A stretch of 59,543 nt of DNA, the filler included. It is 4 parts of 4 records of this genome, joined end to end, with 100 filler letters (N's around TTAATTAATTAA, not from the genome) between each part and the next. Parts side by side here need not be neighbours in the genome. Positions count along the whole stretch, not along the records: positions 1 to 19,897 come from SRR22947727_571; 3 more parts are not named here. One strand, given 5' to 3'. The position numbers and the translations under genes are program-made. The notes below the pieces were generated by a model. It had not been told where the DNA came from, searched no databases, and saw only the letters and a list, made by a program, of their open reading frames with translations. The first letter of the stretch is position 1; each line of letters begins with the position of its first letter. Positions 1 through 9,332 of the stretch are shown here, one piece after another.

Positions 1-31
1 AAAGTAAAAAAACTAAATAGATAGTTTTTTA

Positions 32-922
32 ATGACACAAACGCGCGCTAATATATTAATGCTCATTGCTACTTTGATATGGGGGACAGCATTTGTTTCC
101 CAAACAACAGGCATGGGTTCAATTGGTCCTTTTACATTTAGTTTCTCAAGATTTTTTTTTGCTACAATAACAGTATTGCCCTTAGCTCTTTATTTTGAAA
201 GAAATAATTTTGGTAAAATTTTTTCCAACTCAAAATTATTATTGCTCACAATTGCTACAGGTATTTTTCTTTTTCTAGGAATGGGGCTGCAACAATATGC
301 CCTTCAAATTTCTCAAATTTCTAGCGTCGCATTTATTACAACACTGTATGTTCCTATTGTGGGAATTATTTCACGCTTTATTTTTAAGTCTCAACTACAT
401 TGGATAATTTGGATTGCCATACTGTTATGTGTTTTGGGTTCCTATTTATTATCATCAAACCAAAGTATCGAGATACAGCAATCAGACTCATTAATATTTA
501 TTGCCGCTTTTTGTTTCGCTATTCATATAATCCTCATTGATGTTTTTATGAAACAATTCAACTCACCCTTAACTTATGGAACTATTCAATATTTTATTGT
601 CTTTCTTCTTTCTCTTTTTGTTGCTGGAATTTATGAGAGTCCTACTTTAAAAAATATTTCGATTGAGTGGTTTGAAATATTGTACACAGGAGTACTATCT
701 GCTGGTTTAGGATATACATTACAAATAATTGCACAACGAAAAGCAAGTCCTGCTCCTGCAGCTATTATTTTATCTATGGAAGGAGTCTTTGCTACAATCG
801 CAGGATGGCTACTTATTAATCAAACTTTAGATTTAAATAAATTTCTTGGATGTCTTGCAATTTTTATAGGCGTGATTATAGTACAAATACTACCAATTTT
901 TAAAAAAACAAATGACAGATAA
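32..922 (+). CDS. DMT/EamA family transporter
   Basis: 296 aa, about 10 hydrophobic segments, 'IWGTAFV' N-terminal motif, two EamA-like halves. Confidence 0.9.
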   Translation: MTQTRANILMLIATLIWGTAFVSQTTGMGSIGPFTFSFSRFFFATITVLPLALYFERNNFGKIFSNSKLLLLTIATGIFLFLGMGLQQYALQISQISSVAFITTLYVPIVGIISRFIFKSQLHWIIWIAILLCVLGSYLLSSNQSIEIQQSDSLIFIAAFCFAIHIILIDVFMKQFNSPLTYGTIQYFIVFLLSLFVAGIYESPTLKNISIEWFEILYTGVLSAGLGYTLQIIAQRKASPAPAAIILSMEGVFATIAGWLLINQTLDLNKFLGCLAIFIGVIIVQILPIFKKTNDR

Positions 923-1886
923 ATTAGATATTGTTGGCATTGGAAACGCAATGGTAGATGCTATCATCCCATCAAACAAAGATGAGGTTGAGAAAAATAA
1001 TTTAAATCGTGACTCCATGAATTTAATCGATGAAGAATTAAAAAATTCTCTTCATAACAACTATTCTATTAAAGAAATGGCTGGAGGAGGATCTCTTGGA
1101 AATTCGATGTTTGGTATCACTTCTTTTGGCGGAAATGGAAGCTTTATTGGTAAAATCAAAAATGATGAAGTTGGAATATTTCTTCAGAAAGATATGGTGA
1201 GAGAAGGGTTGCAATTTCCCCTTGGTTTTACTTCACCTGATATTTCAACTGGTTGTTGCACTATTTTTGTTGAAGATGATGGAACAAGAACCATGTGTAC
1301 TTTTCTAGGAGCAGGAACCTTGATTGGACCTGATGATATTCAACCAGCTCATATAACTAATCATAAAATTGCTTATCTAGAAGGATATTTGTGGGATAAT
1401 CAAGATGCCAAAATGGCAATGAAAAAAATGGTTGATATATGTAAGTCAGATAATCAAAAAATTGCCTTTACTTTATCAGACTTGTTTTGTGTAGATAGGC
1501 ATAGAGAGTCCTTCAAAGAACTTATAGAAAATGATGTAGATATTTTATTTGCTAATGAAGATGAAATTAAAGCGCAGTGTGAAACTGATAGTTTTGAGAA
1601 AGCTGTAGAATATGCAAAATCATTAAATATGATTGTTGCTATTACGAGATCTGCTGATGGCTCTGTTATTGTAAACAATGATGAGGTCATCCAAATTAAT
1701 CCAGTGCAAGTTGACAGAGTCGTAGATACTACAGGTGCAGGGGATTTGTATGCGGGTGGTTTTTTATTTGGTATGGCAAAGGGAAAAGATCTTGCTACAT
1801 GCGGTAACTATGCATCTATTGCCGCAGCTGAGATAATCTCTCACTATGGGGCAAGACCATTAATAAAGTTATCTAATTTAATTTAG
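912..1886 (+). CDS. PfkB-family sugar/adenosine kinase
   Basis: GIGNAMVD, GGS..N and DTTGAGDLYAGG PfkB signatures. Confidence 0.9.
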   Translation: MTDKLDIVGIGNAMVDAIIPSNKDEVEKNNLNRDSMNLIDEELKNSLHNNYSIKEMAGGGSLGNSMFGITSFGGNGSFIGKIKNDEVGIFLQKDMVREGLQFPLGFTSPDISTGCCTIFVEDDGTRTMCTFLGAGTLIGPDDIQPAHITNHKIAYLEGYLWDNQDAKMAMKKMVDICKSDNQKIAFTLSDLFCVDRHRESFKELIENDVDILFANEDEIKAQCETDSFEKAVEYAKSLNMIVAITRSADGSVIVNNDEVIQINPVQVDRVVDTTGAGDLYAGGFLFGMAKGKDLATCGNYASIAAAEIISHYGARPLIKLSNLI

Positions 1887-2853
1887 TTAAAATTTTATTT
1901 TTTTTATCCTTCTCTAAAAAAGAAGATTCGATAGCATTGCGTGTCATAGATAAAAGTTCATTATCAGTAAAACCAATACCGGCCATTGCTTCGTACTCGC
2001 CTTGAATTGTTGCATTAAAAAAAGGGGGATCATCAGAGTTCACAGTCACCCTTACACCTAAATCATGCAATTTTTTTACAGGATGCATTTCATAATTTTC
2101 ATAAATTTTTGTAGCAATATTACTTGTAGGACACGTTTCTAAAACAATATCTTTATCAATAATTTCTTTTACTAAATCTAAATCTTCAATAGAGCGAACA
2201 CCATGACCTAATCGAGTCGGATGTAAAAGATGAATGGCATTACGTATATTTTCTGGCCCATCCCATTCACCAGCATGAACTGTTATAGGATAGGATTCTT
2301 GCTTTAACATATCAAAAGTTTTGGTAAATAAATGTGGTGGAAAATGTAATTCATCACCTGCTAAACCAAAACCTACAAGAGCAGGGTGGGGATTGCTAAG
2401 AACTTCTTCGGCTGTTCCTTGAACAGACTCAGCGCCTAAATGCCGTATTCCATTCATTAAATATCTTGAAACAATGCCAAAATCTCTTTCAGCGTCAAGC
2501 GAGGCTTGATGAACACTATCTAAAAAAGAATGGTAAGTCATACCCTTTGCTTTTGCATGTGTTGATGAAACCATTGCTTCCACATAAAGAACGTTATGAG
2601 AAGCGCATTCTTTTAGATATTCATATGTGAGCTCATAATAATCTTCTGGTGTATGAATAACTGAGGTTACAATGTCATACCTTTTAATGAAATCATAAAA
2701 ATCCTCCCACTGATAGGCATACTCAGAGCCAAAAATATCGGCAGATAACTTAACTTTATTTCGTTCAGCAAATTTTCTACATAAAGATGGCGTAATAGTT
2801 GCCTCAAGATGGACATGAATTTCAGCTTTAGGTATATGGAGGGTTGAGTTCAT
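1873..2853 (-). CDS. add: Adenosine/adenine deaminase
   Basis: PKAEIHVHLE, HAGE, RLGHG, CPTSN, NSDDP motifs. Confidence 0.92.
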   Translation of the reverse strand: MNSTLHIPKAEIHVHLEATITPSLCRKFAERNKVKLSADIFGSEYAYQWEDFYDFIKRYDIVTSVIHTPEDYYELTYEYLKECASHNVLYVEAMVSSTHAKAKGMTYHSFLDSVHQASLDAERDFGIVSRYLMNGIRHLGAESVQGTAEEVLSNPHPALVGFGLAGDELHFPPHLFTKTFDMLKQESYPITVHAGEWDGPENIRNAIHLLHPTRLGHGVRSIEDLDLVKEIIDKDIVLETCPTSNIATKIYENYEMHPVKKLHDLGVRVTVNSDDPPFFNATIQGEYEAMAGIGFTDNELLSMTRNAIESSFLEKDKKNKILTKLN

Positions 2854-2879
2854 CGTATTTTTTTTATATTTAGAAATTA

Positions 2880-3701
2880 ATGTCAGTTTTTAATAACATA
2901 TCAAGGAGAAAGTTTATTTATGGATGCTCCTGTGTTTGTGCTTCATCCTTAATTTTACCTTCTTGTACAGAAGTTGCTTTATCAGACAGACAACAATTAA
3001 ATATTCTCTCAGATGATTTTTTATATTCAAGAACTTTTCCTGCGTACGATAATTTTAAATCACAATCAAAACTAATTACTGGTACTTCAGAGTATAATCA
3101 AATTGTTGATATTGGATTTAAAATTCGAGATGCAATTAATATTTATTATGAAACTAACTCTCAAGAAGATCCTACATCGAACTTTCAATGGGAATTTGTT
3201 CTTGTTGATGATGATCAAACAAAAAACGCTTGGTGTATGCCTGGTGGTAAGATTGCTTTTTATTCAGGAATCTTACCCATTCTTAAAAACGAAGACGGAG
3301 TAGCGTCTGTTATGGGTCATGAAATAGCTCACGCAGTAGCAAGGCATTCTGCAGAAAGAGCAAGCACTGCTATGGTGACTGATCTTGGTATCATGGCGTT
3401 AGAGCAGTTTGTGTTAGGACAAAGGTTGCCACAAGCAGCAGGGTATGTTCGTCAGTTTGGCCTTGATCTGCCCTTTAACAGAAAGCAAGAATCTGAAGCA
3501 GATTATCTAGGTTTAATTTTTTCTAGTTTAGCAGGTTATGATATTAATGAGTCGTATAAAGTATGGGAGCGTATGAAAGAAGATATGGGTGGCTCCGGGC
3601 CATCAGAATTTTTTAGCACGCATCCTTCCCCTGATAATAGAATCAAGAATTTAAAGGAATGGATACCAATTGTTTCAAAACAATATCCTGTTATAGGATA
3701 A
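2880..3701 (+). CDS. M48 family zinc metallopeptidase (Oma1/LoiP-like)
   Basis: NAWCMPGGKI, HEIAH (HExxH), QESEAD, FFSTHPS motifs; twin-arginine-like SRRKF N-terminus. Confidence 0.92.
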   Translation: MSVFNNISRRKFIYGCSCVCASSLILPSCTEVALSDRQQLNILSDDFLYSRTFPAYDNFKSQSKLITGTSEYNQIVDIGFKIRDAINIYYETNSQEDPTSNFQWEFVLVDDDQTKNAWCMPGGKIAFYSGILPILKNEDGVASVMGHEIAHAVARHSAERASTAMVTDLGIMALEQFVLGQRLPQAAGYVRQFGLDLPFNRKQESEADYLGLIFSSLAGYDINESYKVWERMKEDMGGSGPSEFFSTHPSPDNRIKNLKEWIPIVSKQYPVIG

Positions 3702-3704
3702 CTC

Positions 3705-4754
3705 ATGTTATCAGTTAATATAAAAGACTTAAGTTACTCAATTAAAGATAAAAAAGTTTTAAATAAAATTAATTTAGAATTAGAGAAAGATAAAATTGCA
3801 TGCATTCTTGGTCCTTCAGGTTGTGGTAAAACAACTTTATTAAAACTTATTGCAGGTTTATCGCATGTCCAAGATGGAGAAATTTTTTTAAATGATAATC
3901 TAGTAAGCTCTAATAATGTTCATTTAAAAACAGAAAAAAGAAAAATAGGTTTTTTATTTCAAGACTACGCTTTGTTTCCTCACCAAACAGTTAAGGGAAA
4001 CTTACAATTTGCTATCAAAAATAAATCTACCTCACACACAATTAAGGAAATACTAGACGTAATTAAATTATCTGATTCTTTAGACAAATATCCACACGAA
4101 TTAAGCGGTGGTGAGCAACAAAGAGTAGCTTTGGCACGTTCAATTATTGCAAAACCAGATATTTTGTTACTTGATGAACCTTTTTCAAGTTTAGATTTAA
4201 ATTTAAGAGAAGAAGTTAGAGATGATACTTTACATCTACTTCAAAAGTCTAACATTTCAGTTTTAGTTGTGACCCATGATCCGTTTGAAGCTATGTTTAT
4301 TTCTAATAAAATATATATTATGAATAAAGAAGGCAGAATAGTACAATCGGGATCTCCAAAAGAATTATATAATCTCCCAAACTCATCATATGTTGCAAAT
4401 TTTTTTGGAGAAACAAATAAATTTAGTGGAATGGTAAAAAACAAAACGATTGAAACGCCTGTTGGAGAATTTACAGTCGATGACAGCTTAGAGTCTAAAA
4501 ATGTAGATGTATACATAAGACCTGAGGCAGTTAAATTAAATCAAGAACAAACCCCTGTTAATGGAATAAAAGGAACGGTGATGGCGTCAAAGTTGATGGG
4601 TGGTTATAGTTTTGTTCATTTATCAGTATTAAATAATGATAATGAAATTGTTCATGTTCATAGTCACATGCCGCCAAACTTTTTACCCAATCAATCCAGT
4701 GCAGTAGGTATTGAAATTGATACAAAGCAAACTTTTATTTTTCCAGCTAATTAG
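3705..4754 (+). CDS. fbpC: Fe3+ ABC transporter ATP-binding subunit
   Basis: Walker A GPSGCGKT, FQDYALFPH, LSGGEQQR, LLLDEPF; converges on the iron permease and binding-protein genes. Confidence 0.85.
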   Translation: MLSVNIKDLSYSIKDKKVLNKINLELEKDKIACILGPSGCGKTTLLKLIAGLSHVQDGEIFLNDNLVSSNNVHLKTEKRKIGFLFQDYALFPHQTVKGNLQFAIKNKSTSHTIKEILDVIKLSDSLDKYPHELSGGEQQRVALARSIIAKPDILLLDEPFSSLDLNLREEVRDDTLHLLQKSNISVLVVTHDPFEAMFISNKIYIMNKEGRIVQSGSPKELYNLPNSSYVANFFGETNKFSGMVKNKTIETPVGEFTVDDSLESKNVDVYIRPEAVKLNQEQTPVNGIKGTVMASKLMGGYSFVHLSVLNNDNEIVHVHSHMPPNFLPNQSSAVGIEIDTKQTFIFPAN

Positions 4755-6376
4755 TTTGTTTTAGTAGAATATTTTTTTATTGTTCTGCTTAAAAAAATAA
4801 CAGGACCCAAACCCGCTAAGATAATTATTAGAGCTGCAAATGATGATTCTTCCAACATTTCATCTGAAGCATACTGATAGACATATGTTGCGAGGGTTTC
4901 AAAATTAAAAGGTCTTAATAAAAGGGTAATTGGAAGTTCTTTCAAAATATCTACAAAAACTAAAATTCCCCCGACCAATATATTTGTGTATGTAAGAGGT
5001 AATATAACTTTTTTCATTGTTGTTAAAAAACTTCTGCCCATTGTCCTTGAAGCATCAATAAGATTTGGATTAATTCTTGTAACACCTGATCTAATAGATC
5101 CATTGCCTATAGCTAAAAACCTTAATGTATAAGCAAAAATTAATACCACAAAACCCCCAATAAAATAACTCATGCGAAAATAGAAAATATCATTTAACCA
5201 TCCTACAAACACAACAACTCCAACAGCTAAAATTGTCCCGGGAAATGCATATCCACAAGAGGCTAAAAAAATAAGTGATTTCTGAAAAGTGTTAGACTTG
5301 TAAGTTGCAACAACTACCATAACAAAAGATAAAAGCATGATTGTTGTCGAAGCAACAAATGAAATAGAGATGCTTGTAATAGCTGTATCAACAACTTCAC
5401 CTATATTAACAACAGCATAGCCCTTTAAAACAAAGTTTAATAATACAGATACTGGAATAATAAAACCAAGTATCAATGGGATTAAGCAAGTTATAAAAAA
5501 TAATATTTTTTGAAAATTTGAAATCTCTTCTAAGTCTTGTGATTCTTGCCTGCTATGTTTTTCATAAAATCTCTGATTGCGCCTTGCAATTAATTCTAAC
5601 GTAAGAAGTATTACTACTATAAAAAATAATATTGAGGATATTTGAGCAGCACCAGATAAGCTGTTCATTCCAAGCCAAACATTGAACACACCTAGTGTTA
5701 ACGTTTCTATTGCAAAATAATCTACAGTGCCAAAATCAGAAATTGTTTCCATCAACACTAAAGCCAAACCAGCAATTATTGCTGGTCTTGCCAAAGGAAG
5801 AGCAACTGCAAAAAAAGGTTTTCGCCCATAAATTGCACTTGTTTGAAAATATGAAATAGGAAGAGTTATGAATGATGCCCGAGTTAATAAATAAATATAT
5901 GGATACAGCACTGATGACATAACTAGAACAGCACCTTCCAATGATCTTATATTAGGAAACCAATAATCTTGTGAGTTTTGCCAATTAAAAACTTCTCTCA
6001 AATATCCTTGCACAGGACCAGCATATTCTAAGAGGTCGGTATAAGTATAAGCAATGATATAAGCTGGAACTGCAGCAGGTAATAAAAGAGCCCATTCAAA
6101 AATAGACCTTCCTGGAAATTCATATCTCGTCACCAACCACGCAGTAGATATACCGAAGACCAAACTTAAACTTCCAACACCTAACATTAATAATAAGGTA
6201 TTAAGGAGATATCTTGGTAAGACTGTTGAAAAAAGATGTGGCCATAAAGTTGTGTCTCCTAAAAGGGCTGAATAAAAAATAGCCAGTACCGGAGAAATTA
6301 TAATTAAAGATATAATTCCAACCGGTACTGACCAAATATTCCAACTAGACACAATAGAGCCCTTATAGGCTACCAA
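4751..6376 (-). CDS. fbpB: Fe3+ ABC transporter permease
   Basis: 541 aa duplicated permease, PAYIIAY, LPLARPAI, KELPITLLLRPFNFETLA. Confidence 0.92.
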   Translation of the reverse strand: MVAYKGSIVSSWNIWSVPVGIISLIIISPVLAIFYSALLGDTTLWPHLFSTVLPRYLLNTLLLMLGVGSLSLVFGISTAWLVTRYEFPGRSIFEWALLLPAAVPAYIIAYTYTDLLEYAGPVQGYLREVFNWQNSQDYWFPNIRSLEGAVLVMSSVLYPYIYLLTRASFITLPISYFQTSAIYGRKPFFAVALPLARPAIIAGLALVLMETISDFGTVDYFAIETLTLGVFNVWLGMNSLSGAAQISSILFFIVVILLTLELIARRNQRFYEKHSRQESQDLEEISNFQKILFFITCLIPLILGFIIPVSVLLNFVLKGYAVVNIGEVVDTAITSISISFVASTTIMLLSFVMVVVATYKSNTFQKSLIFLASCGYAFPGTILAVGVVVFVGWLNDIFYFRMSYFIGGFVVLIFAYTLRFLAIGNGSIRSGVTRINPNLIDASRTMGRSFLTTMKKVILPLTYTNILVGGILVFVDILKELPITLLLRPFNFETLATYVYQYASDEMLEESSFAALIIILAGLGPVIFLSRTIKKYSTKTN

Positions 6377-7392
6377 CCAACTCTATCAATAATTTTTTGA
6401 GCAGTAGGTGCAAGTTCTGCAAGTCGCTCAACAGGCAATTGATCCTCTATAAAAACTCCCCAAGAGCTTAGCTCTTCAGATGGTTCAACATTTGGATTAA
6501 CTGGATATTCATAATTCATTTTTGAGTATAATACTTGTGCCTCTGGCTGAGTTAAAAATTCAAGTAGAGCTATAGCATTATCCTTATTCTTTGAATATTT
6601 TACAACACCACCGCCTGCAACATTTATATGATTTCCTCTGTTATCTTGATTGGTAAATATTAAGTTAATAGATTTTGCCCATTCTTTTTGTTCTGGATTC
6701 TTTTCATTAAATTTCATCTTACCAAAATAATAAGTATTCATCACAGCAACATCGCAAACACCTTCATGAACTGCCTTAGCTTGTGCTCTGTCATTTCCTT
6801 CGGGTTTTCTTGCTAAGTTTAAAACTAAATTCGATGCCCACTCTTCTGCTTTTTCTTCTCCATTGGCAGCAATGATTGAAGCTAGTAAAGATCTGTTATA
6901 GTCATGACTCCCAGGTCTTGTACATATTTTTCCTCTCCATTTAGGATCAGCGAGGTCTTCTATATTCTTAATAGAATTATTAGATACTCTGTCTTTAGAT
7001 ACTGCTAATATTCTTGCTCTCTTTGAAAGTGCAAACCATTTATTATTACTGTCTCTAAGATGTGAGGGAATATTTTTATTTAGAATATCGGAGCTTACTT
7101 CCATTAATAAATCATTTTGAACAAATTGACTCAATCTAGCAATATCTACTGTCAAAACTAGATCTGCGGGCGTATTAGCTCCCTCTGAAATTACTCTTTC
7201 TAACAGACCTTTTTTAGCATGTAGAACATTTACTTTTATTCCGGTGGTTTTTGTAAACTCATCAAAAAAAGGATCTATAAGTATTGGTTGTCTGTAAGAA
7301 TATACGTTTACTTCACTTTTTGCATAAACAGTCTCGATAAAACAAAAAATAAAACAAAAAATTGCTAAGAGTTTGAGAAAATAGTTTTTCAT
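6370..7392 (-). CDS. fbpA: Fe3+ ABC transporter substrate-binding protein (FbpA/FutA/SfuC type)
   Basis: Signal peptide, VNVYSYRQ, GNDRAQ, NTYY (tandem Tyr iron ligands), NYEYP. Confidence 0.93.
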   Translation of the reverse strand: MKNYFLKLLAIFCFIFCFIETVYAKSEVNVYSYRQPILIDPFFDEFTKTTGIKVNVLHAKKGLLERVISEGANTPADLVLTVDIARLSQFVQNDLLMEVSSDILNKNIPSHLRDSNNKWFALSKRARILAVSKDRVSNNSIKNIEDLADPKWRGKICTRPGSHDYNRSLLASIIAANGEEKAEEWASNLVLNLARKPEGNDRAQAKAVHEGVCDVAVMNTYYFGKMKFNEKNPEQKEWAKSINLIFTNQDNRGNHINVAGGGVVKYSKNKDNAIALLEFLTQPEAQVLYSKMNYEYPVNPNVEPSEELSSWGVFIEDQLPVERLAELAPTAQKIIDRVGW

Positions 7393-7419
7393 AATTAAAC
7401 TTTCAATTATATGTTGTTG

Positions 7420-7452
7420 GAGGGTTAATGATACCTAACATCACTAACCCTC
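7420..7452 (-). promoter_or_regulatory. 13-bp hairpin in the fbpA leader containing TGA-N9-TCA
   Basis: Minus strand GAGGGTTAGTGAT-GTTAGGT-ATCATTAACCCTC (one G.U pair), 27 nt upstream of the fbpA ATG; TGA-TACCTAACA-TCA at 7429-7443. Confidence 0.55.
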
Positions 7453-7551
7453 TTGTTCTCTTATTGAGAATCTAATGAAGAAATATTCTTAAAAAATATA
7501 AATTAAATAATTAATTTAGAAAGTCATAGTAACAGCTAATAAATATGCTTT

Positions 7552-7568
7552 TTTAGAATTATTCTAAT
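7552..7568. promoter_or_regulatory. ICE-like box (Irr binding site) upstream of fbpA
   Basis: TTTAGAA-TTA-TTCTAAT, one mismatch to the ICE consensus TTTAGAA-N3-TTCTAAA. Confidence 0.6.
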
Positions 7569-7574
7569 TAAATA

Positions 7575-7937
7575 TTAATTAGAAAAATATTTTTTCTGAT
7601 CTAAGTACCACTGAGTTAACATGAGAGAGTACTCTTCCGACAAACAATAAGACCTTACTCTTCTGTCTTTTTTTGAATATTGTTTAATAAAAAAACCTTT
7701 GCTTACAGCATTATTCAGCGTTGAATATATTGTTGATCTACAACCTAATTTAGAGGGTATCCTTTTACATAACATTTCATAGGACAGGCATTTATCAGCA
7801 TACGTGGATGAAGCAATTTCTAAGCTTATCGCATGCGTTAAAGCTGAAGAATAAAAAAAATCATGACATTTATCTTTTATATTTTTGTTATAAAAATCAT
7901 CCTTAACGAGATCTACAACATTTTGAAGAGCTAACAT
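7575..7937 (-). CDS. Cys-rich winged-helix (MarR-like) hypothetical protein
   Basis: RSTIYSTLNNAVSKGFF..SKKDRRVRSY resembles the wHTH recognition helix and DxR wing; ATG at 7937 preferred over the ORF-track TTG at 7991. Confidence 0.65.
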   Translation of the reverse strand: MLALQNVVDLVKDDFYNKNIKDKCHDFFYSSALTHAISLEIASSTYADKCLSYEMLCKRIPSKLGCRSTIYSTLNNAVSKGFFIKQYSKKDRRVRSYCLSEEYSLMLTQWYLDQKKYFSN

Positions 7938-8094
7938 AATGACACTAAAGTGGGTTGAAAAATTGCGCTGGTACCTGCAACAATTTTTCAACCACGAGTA
8001 GAAACATACAAATTATTAAGTATGAATTTTTCGAAAAAGAGTAAAGGTATGTTTTTTTAATTAAGGTGAGTAATAAAAACTCAATGTTATTGAA

Positions 8095-8111
8095 TTTAGA
8101 ATAATTCTAAA
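8095..8111. promoter_or_regulatory. Perfect ICE box (Irr binding site)
   Basis: TTTAGAA-TAA-TTCTAAA exact consensus match upstream of the wHTH gene. Confidence 0.65.
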
Positions 8112-8113
8112 AC

Positions 8114-8131
8114 AGGGGGCTCTCGCCCCCT
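8114..8131 (-). terminator. Intrinsic terminator of hsp20
   Basis: AGGGGGC-TCTC-GCCCCCT stem just after the hsp20 stop, followed by GTTTT on the minus strand. Confidence 0.75.
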
Positions 8132-8142
8132 ATCTCGTAAAT

Positions 8143-8580
8143 TTAACTAATGGGAATTAGTCTTGCTTTCTTTTCTTCTGGAATAATTCTTTCCAGATCA
8201 ATATTTAATAAACCATTTAGTAACTCGGCATTCTTGATTTTTATATCTTCAGAAATAGTAAATGATCGTTCAAATTGTCTGGTAGAAATTCCTTTATGAA
8301 TAACTCCATTTCCTTCTTCATTCACAACTTTTTCTTTTTGTTTGTTGCGAACAGTCAGATTATTTTCTTTGAGTTCTAATTCAATATCATCTTTAGAGTA
8401 CCCAGCTAAAGCTACTTCTATTTTATAATTATTCTCATTTATTCTGTGAATATTATAGGGTGGATAATTTGAATTGTGTCGCTCGGTAGACTCTAACATT
8501 CTATCAAATTCTTCGAAAATTGAGTCAAATCCAACTGAAAATGGTCTAAGCGAATTCCATACGGATAGGTTTCTTGTCAT
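8143..8580 (-). CDS. ibpA: Small heat shock protein (Hsp20/IbpA)
   Basis: GFD, YPPYNI, HKGISTRQFERSF, NGLLNIDL, terminal IPI motif. Confidence 0.95.
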   Translation of the reverse strand: MTRNLSVWNSLRPFSVGFDSIFEEFDRMLESTERHNSNYPPYNIHRINENNYKIEVALAGYSKDDIELELKENNLTVRNKQKEKVVNEEGNGVIHKGISTRQFERSFTISEDIKIKNAELLNGLLNIDLERIIPEEKKARLIPIS

Positions 8581-8632
8581 AAAAACTCCTTATTAAGCAA
8601 GTTAAAATCGGCACCCACAATGGCATACCAAC
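8578..8632 (-). promoter_or_regulatory. ROSE-like RNA thermometer in the hsp20 5' UTR
   Basis: Minus strand AACTTGCTTAATAAGGAGTT pairs UUGCU with the AGGAG Shine-Dalgarno; upstream hairpin GGTATGCCA-TTG-TGGGTGCC. Confidence 0.75.
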
Positions 8633-8639
8633 AATTAAA

Positions 8640-8667
8640 ATATGGGAATTGTTACAATTATTTCAAG
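8640..8667 (-). promoter_or_regulatory. RpoH (sigma32) promoter
   Basis: CTTGAA-N15-CCCATAT upstream of hsp20. Confidence 0.8.
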
Positions 8668-8675
8668 TAAGAAAA

Positions 8676-9332
8676 TTATTTTTTTCGTATAAACAAAAGG
8701 CCGTCAGATAGAGGGAGTAAAGAAAATTCCACTCTGTCGTCTTTATTAATTTGTAAACTTAAATCACGAATAGTTTTTGTTTGTGAATCATTTTTAGATG
8801 TATCAGCCACATCGCCGTGCCATAGCATGTTATCAATAATGATTACTCCATTTGATGGAACCAAGCTTAGTGATAGTTCATAATAATTAGGATAGTTGTT
8901 TTTATCTGCATCAATAAAAATCACATCAAAGGTGTGTTGACGATCAATTAAGCTTTGCATCACATCCACTCCTGCTCCAATAATAGATTCTATTTTTGAA
9001 GTGAGTCCATCCTTATCCCAATATTTTTGTGCTAATGGTAAAAACTCTTCTGAATTATCAACAGTAACAATTTTACCATCGGATGGAAGTCCTCGGGCCA
9101 AATATAATGTGCTTAACCCTGTAAATCGTCCGATCTCTAAACATGATTTGGCTTTTGATATATTGACAATAATTTCTAAAAATTGTCCTTGCTCTTTAGC
9201 TATTTGCATTTGAGCAACTTTACCAAGTGCTTTGGTTTCCTTCTCTAATTCATCGACAAGGGTGTCTTTTCGGTACCCTATCTTTTGAAGATATTGAATT
9301 AGATCTTCATTAATTTTTAATTGTGTACTCAT
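8676..9332 (-). CDS. Class I SAM-dependent O-methyltransferase (CCoAOMT-like)
   Basis: LEIGRFTGLS, FDVIFIDADK, IDNMLWHG. Confidence 0.92.
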   Translation of the reverse strand: MSTQLKINEDLIQYLQKIGYRKDTLVDELEKETKALGKVAQMQIAKEQGQFLEIIVNISKAKSCLEIGRFTGLSTLYLARGLPSDGKIVTVDNSEEFLPLAQKYWDKDGLTSKIESIIGAGVDVMQSLIDRQHTFDVIFIDADKNNYPNYYELSLSLVPSNGVIIIDNMLWHGDVADTSKNDSQTKTIRDLSLQINKDDRVEFSLLPLSDGLLFIRKK

